The position numbers and the translations under genes were made by a program. The notes beneath the pieces were generated by a model, which worked only from the letters and a program-made list of their open reading frames with translations, was not told the origin of the DNA and made no database searches. From positions 1-57,413 of the forward strand of contig JAVCCP010000054.1 of assembly GCA_030765405.1 (NCBI GenBank): a DNA stretch of 57,413 nucleotides. The letters run 5' to 3'. This document shows positions 1 to 9,566 of the stretch, in pieces (the stretch's first letter is position 1; every line of letters begins with the position of its first letter). This stretch comes from Candidatus Ancaeobacter aquaticus (lineage in GTDB: Bacteria; Auribacterota; Ancaeobacteria; Ancaeobacterales; Ancaeobacteraceae).

Positions 1-68
1 CCGTTTTTGTTGTAACGTGTTGTGGTTATCATGTTTACAGCATATCATAAACGGAGGGAATTACAAGA

Positions 69-90
69 AAACAATTTATGTAAATTGTTT
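69..90. promoter_or_regulatory. Perfect 22-bp palindrome upstream of moxR (operator-like)
   Basis: AAACAATTTA-TG-TAAATTGTTT. Confidence 0.4.
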
Positions 91-150
91 AAATATAAAG
101 ACTTATGCGTTTTGCATAAGGCATAAATAGATAAATAGAGGAGGTAGTGT

Positions 151-1140
151 ATGAATCCTGATATTCAGGCAATTAACGAAAAGGTAAAAGCAAAAAATGA
201 GTTTGTGAACAGGCTCTATTATGAGATGGGTAAAGTTATTGTCGGTCAAAAATATATGATTGAGCGACTTCTAATAGGTCTTTTAGCGGATGGGCATATT
301 TTGCTTGAAGGTGTTCCGGGTCTTGCAAAAACGATGAGTGTGCGCGTTATGAGCGATTGTATAGATGCGAAATTTAGAAGGATACAGTTTACGCCGGATC
401 TTCTTCCTGCAGATCTTATCGGTACACTTATATATAATCCAAAGGACGGTAATTTTACGACAAAAAAAGGTCCGTTGTTTACGAATATACTCTTAGCTGA
501 TGAAATTAACCGTGCGCCTGCTAAAGTGCAAAGCGCGCTATTAGAGGCGATGCAGGAGCGTCAGATAACAATCGGTGAAGAAACGTTTACGCTTGATGCA
601 CCGTTTTTGGTTTTGGCTACACAAAACCCAATTGAACAGGAAGGTACATATCCATTGCCTGAAGCACAAGTTGACCGGTTTATGCTAAAACTTAATGTTT
701 CATATCCTAACAAAAAAGAAGAACGAGAAATACTTGAACGAATGGGTGAGATTAGTAAAAAAATCTCGGTAAACAAGGTCGTTACTACTCAAGAAATCTT
801 GGAAACGCGAAAAGTTGTTAATGAAGTGTATATAGACGAAAAAATTAAAGACTATATTGTTGATCTGGTTTTTGCCTCACGTGATCCGAAGATGTATAAC
901 CTGCCAATACAGCAATTTATCGAATATGGTGCGTCACCGCGAGCATCTATTTACCTTAGTGTTGCGTCTAAAGCATATGCGTTCTTGCAGGGTCGCGGCT
1001 ATGTGATTCCGCAAGACGTGAAGAATATAGGTATGGATGTTTTACGTCACCGCGTGATCGTGAGCTATGAAGCAGAAGCAGAAGATATGACTTCGGAAAA
1101 TGTAGTTAAGAAAATATTTGATGAAATACCGGTTCCGTAA
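151..1140 (+). CDS. moxR: MoxR-family AAA+ ATPase
   Basis: Walker A GVPGLAKT, RIQFTPDLLPADLIG, Walker B LLADEINRAPAKVQSALLEAM, ATQNPIEQEGTYPLPEAQVDRF; RBS GAGGAGG upstream. Confidence 0.95.
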   Translation: MNPDIQAINEKVKAKNEFVNRLYYEMGKVIVGQKYMIERLLIGLLADGHILLEGVPGLAKTMSVRVMSDCIDAKFRRIQFTPDLLPADLIGTLIYNPKDGNFTTKKGPLFTNILLADEINRAPAKVQSALLEAMQERQITIGEETFTLDAPFLVLATQNPIEQEGTYPLPEAQVDRFMLKLNVSYPNKKEEREILERMGEISKKISVNKVVTTQEILETRKVVNEVYIDEKIKDYIVDLVFASRDPKMYNLPIQQFIEYGASPRASIYLSVASKAYAFLQGRGYVIPQDVKNIGMDVLRHRVIVSYEAEAEDMTSENVVKKIFDEIPVP

Positions 1141-1269
1141 CTCGTATCTCGTTAAACGTGACTCGATAAAATAATAAATACAAGAAATAAAAGACTTTAA
1201 AATGATATTTAAAATAAAAATACAATTTACGAAATACGAAATACTAAATACGAGATACGGGTAACGAAA
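1138..1269. repeat. Heptamer-periodic inverted element (CTCGTAT / TACGAAA type)
   Basis: Left arm ctcgtat ctcgtta...; right arm tacgaaa tacgaaa tactaaa tacgaga from 1228. Confidence 0.75.
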
Positions 1270-1271
1270 AT

Positions 1272-2147
1272 ATGATTCCAAAAGAGATATTGAAAAAAGT
1301 TAGGCATATTGAAATACGCACATCGCGTATAGTGAATGATATTTTTGCCGGTGAATATGAAAGTGTCTTTAAAGGGCGGGGGATGGAGTTTGATGAAGTC
1401 CGTGAATATCAGCCCGGTGATGAGGTGCGTACCATTGATTGGAATGTGACTGCACGAATGGGGCATCCGTACGTTAAACGTTTTGTTGAGGAAAGAGAAT
1501 TAACGGTGATGCTTCTTGTTGATGCAAGTGCGTCAGGTAAATTTGGGTCAGTGAAATGGACGAAAAATGAAATGGCAGTGGAACTCTGTGCTGTTCTCGC
1601 GTTTGCCGCCATAAAAAATAATGATAAAGTCGGACTCATTATTTTTACTGATGGTGTTGAAAAATTTATTCCGCCGAAGAAGGGTTCAAAACATGTGCTG
1701 AGAGTGATAAGAGAGATGCTTTATTTTAAGCCTACCGGCCGTAAAACAAATATTTCTTCCGCTATTGAGTATCTTAATAAAGTAAGTAAGCATCGTACGG
1801 TAACATTTCTTGTAAGTGATTTTATCGCCGAAGGATATGAGAAGGCACTTTCTATTGCAAATAAAAGACATGATGTTGTGGCACTCCATATATCTGATCC
1901 GAGAGAGTTGGATCTCCCTAAAATTGGATATATTGAACTGGAAGATGAAGAAACAGGTGAGACCATACTCATAGATACGAATGATCACTCGGTGCGTAGC
2001 GGTTTTAGTGATGCCACTCGTTTTGATAAAGATCGGCGTGAAACATTCTTTAAGTCTATTGGACTTGATTATGTGACGCTTCAAACCGATAAACCGTATA
2101 TCGAACCTTTGATGAAATTTTTTAAAACAAGAGAAAAGAGACTCTAG
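1272..2147 (+). CDS. DUF58 family protein (vWA-like MoxR partner)
   Basis: FKGRGMEFDEVREYQPGDEVRTIDWNVTAR and VKRFVEERELTV motifs; directly after moxR. Confidence 0.92.
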   Translation: MIPKEILKKVRHIEIRTSRIVNDIFAGEYESVFKGRGMEFDEVREYQPGDEVRTIDWNVTARMGHPYVKRFVEERELTVMLLVDASASGKFGSVKWTKNEMAVELCAVLAFAAIKNNDKVGLIIFTDGVEKFIPPKKGSKHVLRVIREMLYFKPTGRKTNISSAIEYLNKVSKHRTVTFLVSDFIAEGYEKALSIANKRHDVVALHISDPRELDLPKIGYIELEDEETGETILIDTNDHSVRSGFSDATRFDKDRRETFFKSIGLDYVTLQTDKPYIEPLMKFFKTREKRL

Positions 2148-2157
2148 GAAGTTTTAC

Positions 2158-3174
2158 ATGGCACGATACATACTCTTTATACCGATTATTATATCAATTA
2201 TTAGCTTACATCTTTCCTGCACCAAAAAGACCGATCAAGAATGGGCTGCGAAAGAGCGTGACCTTATATATGCCAATGCCTATGTTAATAAAACAGTCGG
2301 TGCGATCGGTGACAAGATACGCTATACCATAAAAGTGAAGTATAAAGATGGGGTCGCTGTAACACTCCCTGATTTTTCTGAAGAAATTGGCGGTTTTGCC
2401 ATACTTGATGTAAGTGAAAAACCAGTTCGCGAAGAAGGTGATTATAAAAATATTACCCGATCGTACAAATTGCAAACATATACACCCGGGGCATATATCA
2501 TTCCAGAAGCGACAGTTGCCTATACTGATATTGAAGGCAAGACTCACGCAATAATAACTCCTCAGATATTCGTTGATATAAAAAGTACGATAAAAGAAGG
2601 CGAAAAAGTAACCGATATCAGAGATATAAAACTCCCTGTGTTTTTAAAGGAGCAATTGATGCTCTATGTCATTATAGGTGGAAGCGCTCTTGTTGTACTT
2701 GTTATCATTCTTTTGGGAGTATATTACTATCGCAAAAAATTACGAGATAGGTTGCGTTACGTGCCACCTCGCGCAGCACATGAAATTGCGTTTGAAGAGC
2801 TCGAGAAATTGCGTGCAATGGACCTCGTAAAGCAGGGAAAAATGAAGGAATACTATATTATTCTTTCGGATATTGTGCGGCACTACATTGAGAGACGGTT
2901 CTCAATAAAAGCAAAAGAACAGACAACGCAGGAATTTTTGTATGAGGTAGCCACATCTGCTGCCTTTGCTGAAGGGCCTAAAGATACTATTAGAAAATTT
3001 CTTGAAATATGCGATATGGTGAAATTTGCAAAATATGGGCCGGTTCCGCAAGAAGCTGAAGAAGCGTATGTGAGTGCACATGAGTTTGTTTTATCAACTG
3101 TTCCGAAAGAAGAATCCGATGAGGATTCAAATAATGTGGTTAATAAAACAACACAGAAGGTAAAAGGTGCATAA
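2158..3174 (+). CDS. Bat-operon membrane protein (BatD-like N-terminal domain, TM helix, DUF4381-like tail); possible lipoprotein
   Basis: N-terminal hydrophobic stretch ending LSC; central TM LYVIIGGSALVVLVIILLGVYYY; AHEIAFEELEKL...YYIILSDIVRHYIERRF...TTQE tail; position between DUF58 and batA. Confidence 0.7.
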   Translation: MARYILFIPIIISIISLHLSCTKKTDQEWAAKERDLIYANAYVNKTVGAIGDKIRYTIKVKYKDGVAVTLPDFSEEIGGFAILDVSEKPVREEGDYKNITRSYKLQTYTPGAYIIPEATVAYTDIEGKTHAIITPQIFVDIKSTIKEGEKVTDIRDIKLPVFLKEQLMLYVIIGGSALVVLVIILLGVYYYRKKLRDRLRYVPPRAAHEIAFEELEKLRAMDLVKQGKMKEYYIILSDIVRHYIERRFSIKAKEQTTQEFLYEVATSAAFAEGPKDTIRKFLEICDMVKFAKYGPVPQEAEEAYVSAHEFVLSTVPKEESDEDSNNVVNKTTQKVKGA

Positions 3175-4172
3175 TGTTAACATTTAAAGATCCATTGATA
3201 TTGGTCTTACTTGTGCTTTTACCACTTCTTTTTATTGTATATAAAAAATTTGTCAAGAAAGCGAGTGTTAAATACTCAGATATTCGTATTCTTAAAAAGG
3301 TGCGGCACTCAAAATCAAAAACATTTCGTTATATTCCATTTACACTGAAGGCGTTTGCGATGGCACTTATCGTTATTGCTCTAGCCGGGCCACGACAAGG
3401 GGAAGAGCTCTCATCGATTAAAACTGAAGGGGTAGACATCATGCTGTGTGTAGACATATCAGGGAGTATGCGTGCAGAAGACTTTTTTCTTGGTGGTAAA
3501 AGACAGAATCGACTCGCTATTGTTAAGCAAATCGTCAAAGAGTTTATTGAAAACAGAGTTGCAGATAGAATCGGCATGGTGGTTTTTGCGGGGCGTGCTT
3601 ATACACAGTGTCCGCTTACCATGGATTATGGAGTTCTTCTGACGCTTCTTTCTCATGTGCAAATCGGTATGCTTGAAGACGGTACCGGTATAGGGTCAGC
3701 GCTCGCGATCGCTGTTGATAGACTGAAGGATACGAAGGCGAAAAGTAAGGTTATCATACTTCTCACTGACGGTATCAACAATGTGGGAAAGATCGATCCT
3801 TTGACTGCAGCAGAAATAGCTAAATCTTTTAAGATTAAAGTATATACCATAGGTGCGGGAACCCGTGGTTTGGCGCCGATTCCTGTACGGGATTATTTTG
3901 GCAATGTAGGGTATCAAAAGGTAAAGGTTGATGTTGATGAAGATACGTTAGAAGAGATCGCTGAACTGACCGGCGCAAAATATTACCGAGCAACAAATAC
4001 TGAGTCGTTACGTAAAATATATAGAGATATTGATTCATTGGAAAAAACAAAAATTGAGACAAAACTTTATATGAAATATAAAGAGTTGTTTCCCTATTTT
4101 CTTTTACCGGGATTTCTACTTTTGATACTTGATATACTATTGTCTAACACGATTTATAGGAAATTACCTTAA
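3174..4172 (+). CDS. batA: BatA vWA-domain protein
   Basis: N-terminal TM, LAGPR motif, MIDAS DISGSM, DRIGMVVFAG, GTGIGSAL, ILLTDG, C-terminal TM. Confidence 0.88.
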   Translation: MLTFKDPLILVLLVLLPLLFIVYKKFVKKASVKYSDIRILKKVRHSKSKTFRYIPFTLKAFAMALIVIALAGPRQGEELSSIKTEGVDIMLCVDISGSMRAEDFFLGGKRQNRLAIVKQIVKEFIENRVADRIGMVVFAGRAYTQCPLTMDYGVLLTLLSHVQIGMLEDGTGIGSALAIAVDRLKDTKAKSKVIILLTDGINNVGKIDPLTAAEIAKSFKIKVYTIGAGTRGLAPIPVRDYFGNVGYQKVKVDVDEDTLEEIAELTGAKYYRATNTESLRKIYRDIDSLEKTKIETKLYMKYKELFPYFLLPGFLLLILDILLSNTIYRKLP

Positions 4173-4173
4173 A

Positions 4174-4215
4174 TAGCGTTTAGTATTTAGCGTATAGCGT
4201 ATAGTCTATAGTACA
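4174..4215. repeat. Six degenerate 7-bp tandem units (TAGnnTw)
   Basis: tagcgtt tagtatt tagcgta tagcgta tagtcta tagtaca right after the batA stop. Confidence 0.8.
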
Positions 4216-4252
4216 AAAATAAAATAGTGAAAAAGTAAGGTGATCAAAGATT

Positions 4253-5263
4253 ATGCAATTTGGAAAACTTGAATACATACAGTTATTATGGGTTGTTGTG
4301 GCGGTTGCGTTCTTTCTGTATTATGCGTTTCGAAAGAAGCAGGTGGCCCTAGAGAAGTTCAGTGAGCATACGCTTCTTAAGAACTTGGTTGCAAATGTAA
4401 GTTTTAAGAAACAAAAAATCAGAGCATGTATTGTTATTGCAGCACTTTCTTTTGTTGTTCTTGCGCTCATTGATCCGAAATGGGGGTATCATTGGGAAGA
4501 TGTGAAACGCAAAGGGGTAGACATTGTTATAGTACTTGATACATCCAAAAGTATGCTTGCAAAAGATATGAAACCGAATCGGCTTAAGGTAGCAAAGCGA
4601 GGTATAGAGGATTTTGTAAATGTTCTACGCGGTGATCGTGTTAGCTTGGTTACTTTTGCTGGAACAAGTTTTATTCAGTGTCCTCTTACAACCGATTATG
4701 CTGCCTTCAAGATGTTTCTTGATGATGTAACGGTAGAGTCTGTTCCGCGCGGGGGGACAAATATTGGCGGTGCTATAATAACAGCACTGAAAGCGTTTCC
4801 TAATAAAACTGACGATAATAAGATCATTATATTAATTACGGATGGGGAAGATCATAGCGGTACGATGATAAAGGCTGCACGTGAAGCTAAAAAGAAAGGG
4901 GCAGTTATTTATGCAGTTGGAATAGGAAACCCCATCGGAGCGCCCATACCGGTGATGAATGCGCGGGGAGTTGAAACATACAAAAAAGATAGTCAAGGCA
5001 ATGTTATATTAACGAAAGTTGATGAAGAGGGATTGAAACAAGTCGCTTTCGAAACAGGTGGTGCGTATTTATCCGCATCTGCCGGGAGTATCGGGCTTGA
5101 ACGTATATACGAACAAAAAATAGCAAAACTCGAAAAGAAAGAATTTAATAAGTCTCGTAAACGTGTGTTTAAAAGTAGATTTCAGATACCACTTGCAATT
5201 GCCTTTATACTTCTTTTATTTGAAGTTGTTATTGGAGATAAAAAGAAAATAAGAAAAACATGA
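4253..5263 (+). CDS. batB: BatB vWA-domain protein
   Basis: LIDPKWG, MIDAS DTSKSM, DRVSLVTFAG, PLTTDY, GGTNIG, ITDGEDH; second vWA gene of the operon. Confidence 0.88.
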   Translation: MQFGKLEYIQLLWVVVAVAFFLYYAFRKKQVALEKFSEHTLLKNLVANVSFKKQKIRACIVIAALSFVVLALIDPKWGYHWEDVKRKGVDIVIVLDTSKSMLAKDMKPNRLKVAKRGIEDFVNVLRGDRVSLVTFAGTSFIQCPLTTDYAAFKMFLDDVTVESVPRGGTNIGGAIITALKAFPNKTDDNKIIILITDGEDHSGTMIKAAREAKKKGAVIYAVGIGNPIGAPIPVMNARGVETYKKDSQGNVILTKVDEEGLKQVAFETGGAYLSASAGSIGLERIYEQKIAKLEKKEFNKSRKRVFKSRFQIPLAIAFILLLFEVVIGDKKKIRKT

Positions 5264-6399
5264 ATATCACAATGAATAATAAAATATGCATATTATTTGT
5301 TATTGCCTTATCGCTTGGCCATATTGCCTGGATTAATACTCCAAGCAGTAAAGTCAAGGAAGGGAATAAGCTTTTTGAAGAAAAGAAATATGATGAAGCG
5401 CAAAAGAAGTATTTAGAAGCACAGCTAGAAAAACCTGAAAGCGAATCGCTCTTTTATAATATTGCAAATGCAGAATATAAAAAGAATAAATATAAAGACG
5501 CGGCTGAGCTATATGCAAAGGCTGCTCAGACTGGAGATACACTTCTTGCACAAAAAGCATTGTATAATACAGGAAATGCGCTTTTTAGACAGGGGAAGCT
5601 TAAAGAGGCATTGGAAATATATAAAAAAGCGATAGACCTTGATGAAACTGATAAAGATGCAAAATATAATCATGAGTTTGTTAAGAAGAAAATTGAAGAA
5701 ATGAAAAAACAAGCTCAAAAGAGAGAACAGCAGCAAAAACAAAAAAAACAACAACAGAAAGATAAACAGCAACAACAGCAACAAAATCAGCAGCAGCAAC
5801 AGCAAAAACAAGACGGACAGCAGCAAAATCAGAATAAGGATCAGCAAAAACAACAAGACAAACAAAAAGAGCAGCAAAAGAAAGAAGAAGAAAAAAAGAA
5901 AGAGCAGAAGAAGGAAGAGCAAGACAAGAAAGAACAAGCAAAAAAAGATGAAGAAAAACAGCAGCAGGACAAAAAAGATAAAGAGCAAGATAAAGATAAA
6001 AAAGAAGATCAGGAAAAACAGGATAAGAAACAAAAAGAACAGCAAGAACAGGAACAGAAAAAGAAGGAAGAACAAAAGAAAAAAGAAGAGCAAAAAAAGA
6101 AAGAGGAAGAAGAGAGAAGAAGGCAACAGCAGAAAGAACAAGAGAAAAAAGAACAAGAAGAAGAAAAGAGGAAACAAGAGGAAAAAGAAAAACAAGATAA
6201 AATGAAACCTGAGGGAGAAGATCAGAAAGAACCTCAAGAAGGTGAGGGTGAACCTCTCCCTATGGAACCCAAGAAAGAACTTTCTCTTGAAGAAGCTAAA
6301 AATCTGCTACAATGGTTGGGTAAAGAAGATAGGGAATTAACGCCACAATATAAAAGAATGAAAAAGTACCGGGAACCTCCTGTAGGTAAAGACTGGTAG
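5260..6399 (+). CDS. batC: BatC TPR protein with long Gln/Lys/Glu-rich linker
   Basis: TPR repeats (YNIANAEYK, YNTGNALFR, AKYNHE); about 190-aa low-complexity tract; C-terminal EEAKNLLQWL...KDW. Confidence 0.8.
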   Translation: MNITMNNKICILFVIALSLGHIAWINTPSSKVKEGNKLFEEKKYDEAQKKYLEAQLEKPESESLFYNIANAEYKKNKYKDAAELYAKAAQTGDTLLAQKALYNTGNALFRQGKLKEALEIYKKAIDLDETDKDAKYNHEFVKKKIEEMKKQAQKREQQQKQKKQQQKDKQQQQQQNQQQQQQKQDGQQQNQNKDQQKQQDKQKEQQKKEEEKKKEQKKEEQDKKEQAKKDEEKQQQDKKDKEQDKDKKEDQEKQDKKQKEQQEQEQKKKEEQKKKEEQKKKEEEERRRQQQKEQEKKEQEEEKRKQEEKEKQDKMKPEGEDQKEPQEGEGEPLPMEPKKELSLEEAKNLLQWLGKEDRELTPQYKRMKKYREPPVGKDW

Positions 6400-6434
6400 T
6401 AAAAATTCAAAATTTAAAACTAAAAAGTAAAAGA
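6400..6434. repeat. Degenerate 7-bp tandem units after the batC stop
   Basis: taaaaat tcaaaat ttaaaac taaaaag taaaaga; A-rich, so weak. Confidence 0.45.
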
Positions 6435-6447
6435 AATAGGGTGCACT

Positions 6448-6861
6448 ATGAGTGATAGTGATCGCAGGCAATATCCAAGATACATAACTGATCTTTCAGC
6501 GTATTGTTATAAGATTCATATGGATGGGAATAATGAGTCATATTTAGCTAAAATAAAGGGATGTATTGGAAACAAAGATGGTGAGGTTATTGAGGCGAAT
6601 AAAGTTACCGATATATCAAAAGGGGGACTGTTTCTTGCGACTATTGCGGCGTTTTGTGTAGATACAATCGTTGTTGTAGAATTATTTTTCCCGGAGGAAC
6701 AAGACATAATATCTACAGTCGGTGTTGTTAAGTGGACTTTAGAATTAAAAGGGGATCATCCCTATTCATTTGGGTTAGGGATACAATTTCTGTATGTAAA
6801 AAAGACTGAATGGGCTAAACTTGAGAAATATTTTGGGCAATTAAAACCTTATGAGATCTAA
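6448..6861 (+). CDS. Single-domain PilZ protein (putative c-di-GMP receptor)
   Basis: RRQYPR (RxxxR) and DISKGG (DxSxxG) motifs, GVVKW and GIQF beta-barrel signature. Confidence 0.8.
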   Translation: MSDSDRRQYPRYITDLSAYCYKIHMDGNNESYLAKIKGCIGNKDGEVIEANKVTDISKGGLFLATIAAFCVDTIVVVELFFPEEQDIISTVGVVKWTLELKGDHPYSFGLGIQFLYVKKTEWAKLEKYFGQLKPYEI

Positions 6862-6874
6862 TATATATACATGT

Positions 6875-8728
6875 ATGCGTAAAATGAAATATGCAGGTTT
6901 TATAATCGCAATCTTTTTGTATGCGTTTACTGCGAGCGCGGCAGATGTATCATTTAATGCATCTGTTGACAAGGATAAGGTAGGACGTGATGACAGGATC
7001 ATCCTTACTGTCACCGTAAGCGGCATGCAGAATTCTCCTGAACCAAAGCTTTCAAAGCTTGATGGATTTGCTATCGCTTCCCGCGCATCGTCGTCACAGT
7101 ATAATATTATTAATGGTCGAATGTCAGCGAGTAAGAGCTATAAATACGTTTTAATACCTGAAAAGATTGGGACATTTACAATCGGTGCCGCGACATTGAC
7201 GTATCGAGGGCAAGAATACAAGACTGACTCGATAAAAGTAGAGGTTATTTCAGGAAGTACGGTTAAGCGTGCGTCAAGAGTTGATAAAGATGTTCCTAAA
7301 GCAAAAAAAGTCGATTTAGGGGACCGTGTATTTATAGATGTTGAGGTAGATAAAAATGAGGTCTATATCAATGAACAGATAACAATGAAATTCAAGTTTT
7401 ATAGGTATAACTTGAATATTGCTGATCTGCAATATATTCCTCCCACCACAAAGAATTTTGTTGAAGAAAATTTAGGTCAGCAGCGTGATTTTCGTGAAGT
7501 AGTAAATGGCATGGTCTATGATGTAATAGAATTAAAAACTGCACTTTTCCCTGTGAGCAGCGGTGAACTCGAGATCAGTCCTGCAAAATTAAACTGTAGT
7601 GTGCTGGTCAGAACACAGCGTCGACGCAGGGGAGGGGACTCAATATTTGGCGATATTTTTGGGGACTCAATATTTGATGATCCGTTTTTCGATAATTATG
7701 TAAAGTATCCTGTTCAGGTTGAGTCAAAGCCGATAAAAGTAACCGTAAAACCTTTGCCACAAGCCGGTAGGCCAAAAGGATTTAATGGTGCGGTTGGGTC
7801 ATATACCATGGAAGTATCTCTTAACACGACAAAGGTTAAGGTTGGGGAACCAATTACCATAACAATGAAAGTGTTAGGAGAGGGAAATATTTCAGGGGTT
7901 AATCCGCCGCTAATAAAAGGTATCGAAAACTTTAAGACCTATGAACCTGAAGGTAAAGTGAGTCAAGGTGTTCGTGGCGGAACTATAGTCGGTGAGAAAG
8001 TATTTGAACAAGTAATGGTTCCAAGAAAAGAAGGCAAACAACTCATCCCATCAGTGATATTTTCATATTTTGATCCTCGTTACAGCAGTTATAGGGCAGT
8101 GTCACGAGGGCCCTTCACTATTGATGTTGCTCCTGCTCCTGCAGGGAGCGTCATGCATGGTTTTGACACTGATATGCCGATAAAGGCGGGAAAAAAGAAG
8201 GTGCGAATACTCAAGCAGGATATACTTTTTATTAAAACATCTCCGGGGAGAGTCGTTCGGTTAGGAAGTACACTTGTTACAAATCCACTCTTTATTATTT
8301 TAAATATTATTCCTCTTATATTGTTTGGCGGTGTGTATGTCACTTTACGAAAACAGAATCGTCTAAAAACTGATGTGCGGTACGCGAGAGGAAAAAGAGC
8401 GTATAAAATGGCGATAAAAAATCTTTCTTCAACACACAAAATAATGAAGGCTGATAATGAAAAACAGTACTACAGTCACCTGTATAAAGTCCTTACGAAT
8501 TATATTGGTGATAAGTTAAATATTCCCAGCGGTGGTATGACTGCGCAAATTGTTGATGAAGTTTTGATGAAAAAGAATTTGGATAAAGATCTTTGTGTAA
8601 AAATAAAACAATTTTTCGAAGAATGTGACATGGGGCAATTTGCCGCGTCTCACCGCGATGTTGCGACAATGAAGAAATTGGCGAGTGAAGTAGAAGCTCT
8701 GATAAAGAACTGTGAGAGGGTGCTATGA
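6875..8728 (+). CDS. batD: BatD family protein
   Basis: Signal peptide FTASA, SFNASVDK start, GAVGSY and VKVGEPIT repeats, YFDP, C-terminal TM; ORF track starts at 6851, ATG 6875 or 6884 more likely. Confidence 0.85.
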   Translation: MRKMKYAGFIIAIFLYAFTASAADVSFNASVDKDKVGRDDRIILTVTVSGMQNSPEPKLSKLDGFAIASRASSSQYNIINGRMSASKSYKYVLIPEKIGTFTIGAATLTYRGQEYKTDSIKVEVISGSTVKRASRVDKDVPKAKKVDLGDRVFIDVEVDKNEVYINEQITMKFKFYRYNLNIADLQYIPPTTKNFVEENLGQQRDFREVVNGMVYDVIELKTALFPVSSGELEISPAKLNCSVLVRTQRRRRGGDSIFGDIFGDSIFDDPFFDNYVKYPVQVESKPIKVTVKPLPQAGRPKGFNGAVGSYTMEVSLNTTKVKVGEPITITMKVLGEGNISGVNPPLIKGIENFKTYEPEGKVSQGVRGGTIVGEKVFEQVMVPRKEGKQLIPSVIFSYFDPRYSSYRAVSRGPFTIDVAPAPAGSVMHGFDTDMPIKAGKKKVRILKQDILFIKTSPGRVVRLGSTLVTNPLFIILNIIPLILFGGVYVTLRKQNRLKTDVRYARGKRAYKMAIKNLSSTHKIMKADNEKQYYSHLYKVLTNYIGDKLNIPSGGMTAQIVDEVLMKKNLDKDLCVKIKQFFEECDMGQFAASHRDVATMKKLASEVEALIKNCERVL

Positions 8729-9489
8729 GAAGGCTTTCAATTTTGTTTGTCACACAGGCCATATTGGTCATATGTTTATGTGCGCCTGGATTCGCCCAGA
8801 AACAGTACGATAATTTTTATAAAGGAAATATTGCCTACGAAAAAGGTGAGTATGACCAAGCTGCTCAAGACTACGAAGGATTTCTTAAAAACGGATATGA
8901 AAGCGGTAATGTTTATTACAATCTTGGAAACACCTATTGGAAACTAAGGAATATCGGTAAATCGATACTCTTCTATGAAAAGGCATTACGCCTCATGCCT
9001 GGTGATGCAGATACATTAGCGAATCTTAATTTTGTGCAAAGGGAACTCGAAGATGTACCAGAGAAGGATAACCGAAACTGGTTTCTGAGAATGCTTGACT
9101 ATTTCTTTGCAGGAATATCATTAGATGGGTTAACTATACTGTGCGGCGTGTTTTTATGGATGGCCTGTATTGTCGGCATTGCATATTTATTCTTGAAGAA
9201 TAGGTGGAGCAGTGGCTTGAAGTATCCTCTTATAGTCGGTAATGTTTTTATTGTACTATTACTTATTCTTGTTATTCGTGTTGAATTTTACGAGAATATA
9301 CATTACGGGATTGTTCTCAATAAGGAAATTGAAGTAAAATACGGGCCTGTTGTGGGCGATGCGGTGGCCTTTACGCTTCATGAAGGTTCTAAGGTGTGTA
9401 TGGAGCATGAATCACATGATTGGTATCAGATATATTTCTCAAAAGGTAAGGTTGGCTGGGTGAGAAAGTCTACTCTTGGTGTAATTTAG
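8725..9489 (+). CDS. batE: BatE TPR plus SH3-like protein
   Basis: Signal peptide, YYNLGNTYWK TPR, two TM helices, FTLHEGSKV...GKVGWV SH3b tail. Confidence 0.85.
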   Translation: MRRLSILFVTQAILVICLCAPGFAQKQYDNFYKGNIAYEKGEYDQAAQDYEGFLKNGYESGNVYYNLGNTYWKLRNIGKSILFYEKALRLMPGDADTLANLNFVQRELEDVPEKDNRNWFLRMLDYFFAGISLDGLTILCGVFLWMACIVGIAYLFLKNRWSSGLKYPLIVGNVFIVLLLILVIRVEFYENIHYGIVLNKEIEVKYGPVVGDAVAFTLHEGSKVCMEHESHDWYQIYFSKGKVGWVRKSTLGVI

Positions 9490-9494
9490 TAAAG

Positions 9495-9554
9495 GGGGTC
9501 AGGCCTACACATTTGACATGATTTTAATCATGTCAAATGTGTAGGCCTGACCCC
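9495..9554. repeat. 60-bp perfect palindrome between convergent genes (likely bidirectional terminator, REP-like)
   Basis: 29-bp arms GGGGTCAGGCCTACACATTTGACATGATT and its reverse complement, 2-nt spacer. Confidence 0.85.
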
Positions 9555-9566
9555 AGGAACTAATTA

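Noticed and set aside
5509..6237. 242-aa minus-strand Phe/Leu-rich ORF, plus overlapping ORFs 5681-5941 and 5948-6205
   Set aside because: Shadow or alternate frames of the A-rich BatC low-complexity tract
7634..7676. 16-bp direct repeat GGGGACTCAATATTTG in batD
   Set aside because: In-frame 27-bp micro-duplication within the usual D/F-rich BatD loop; no evidence of a separate function
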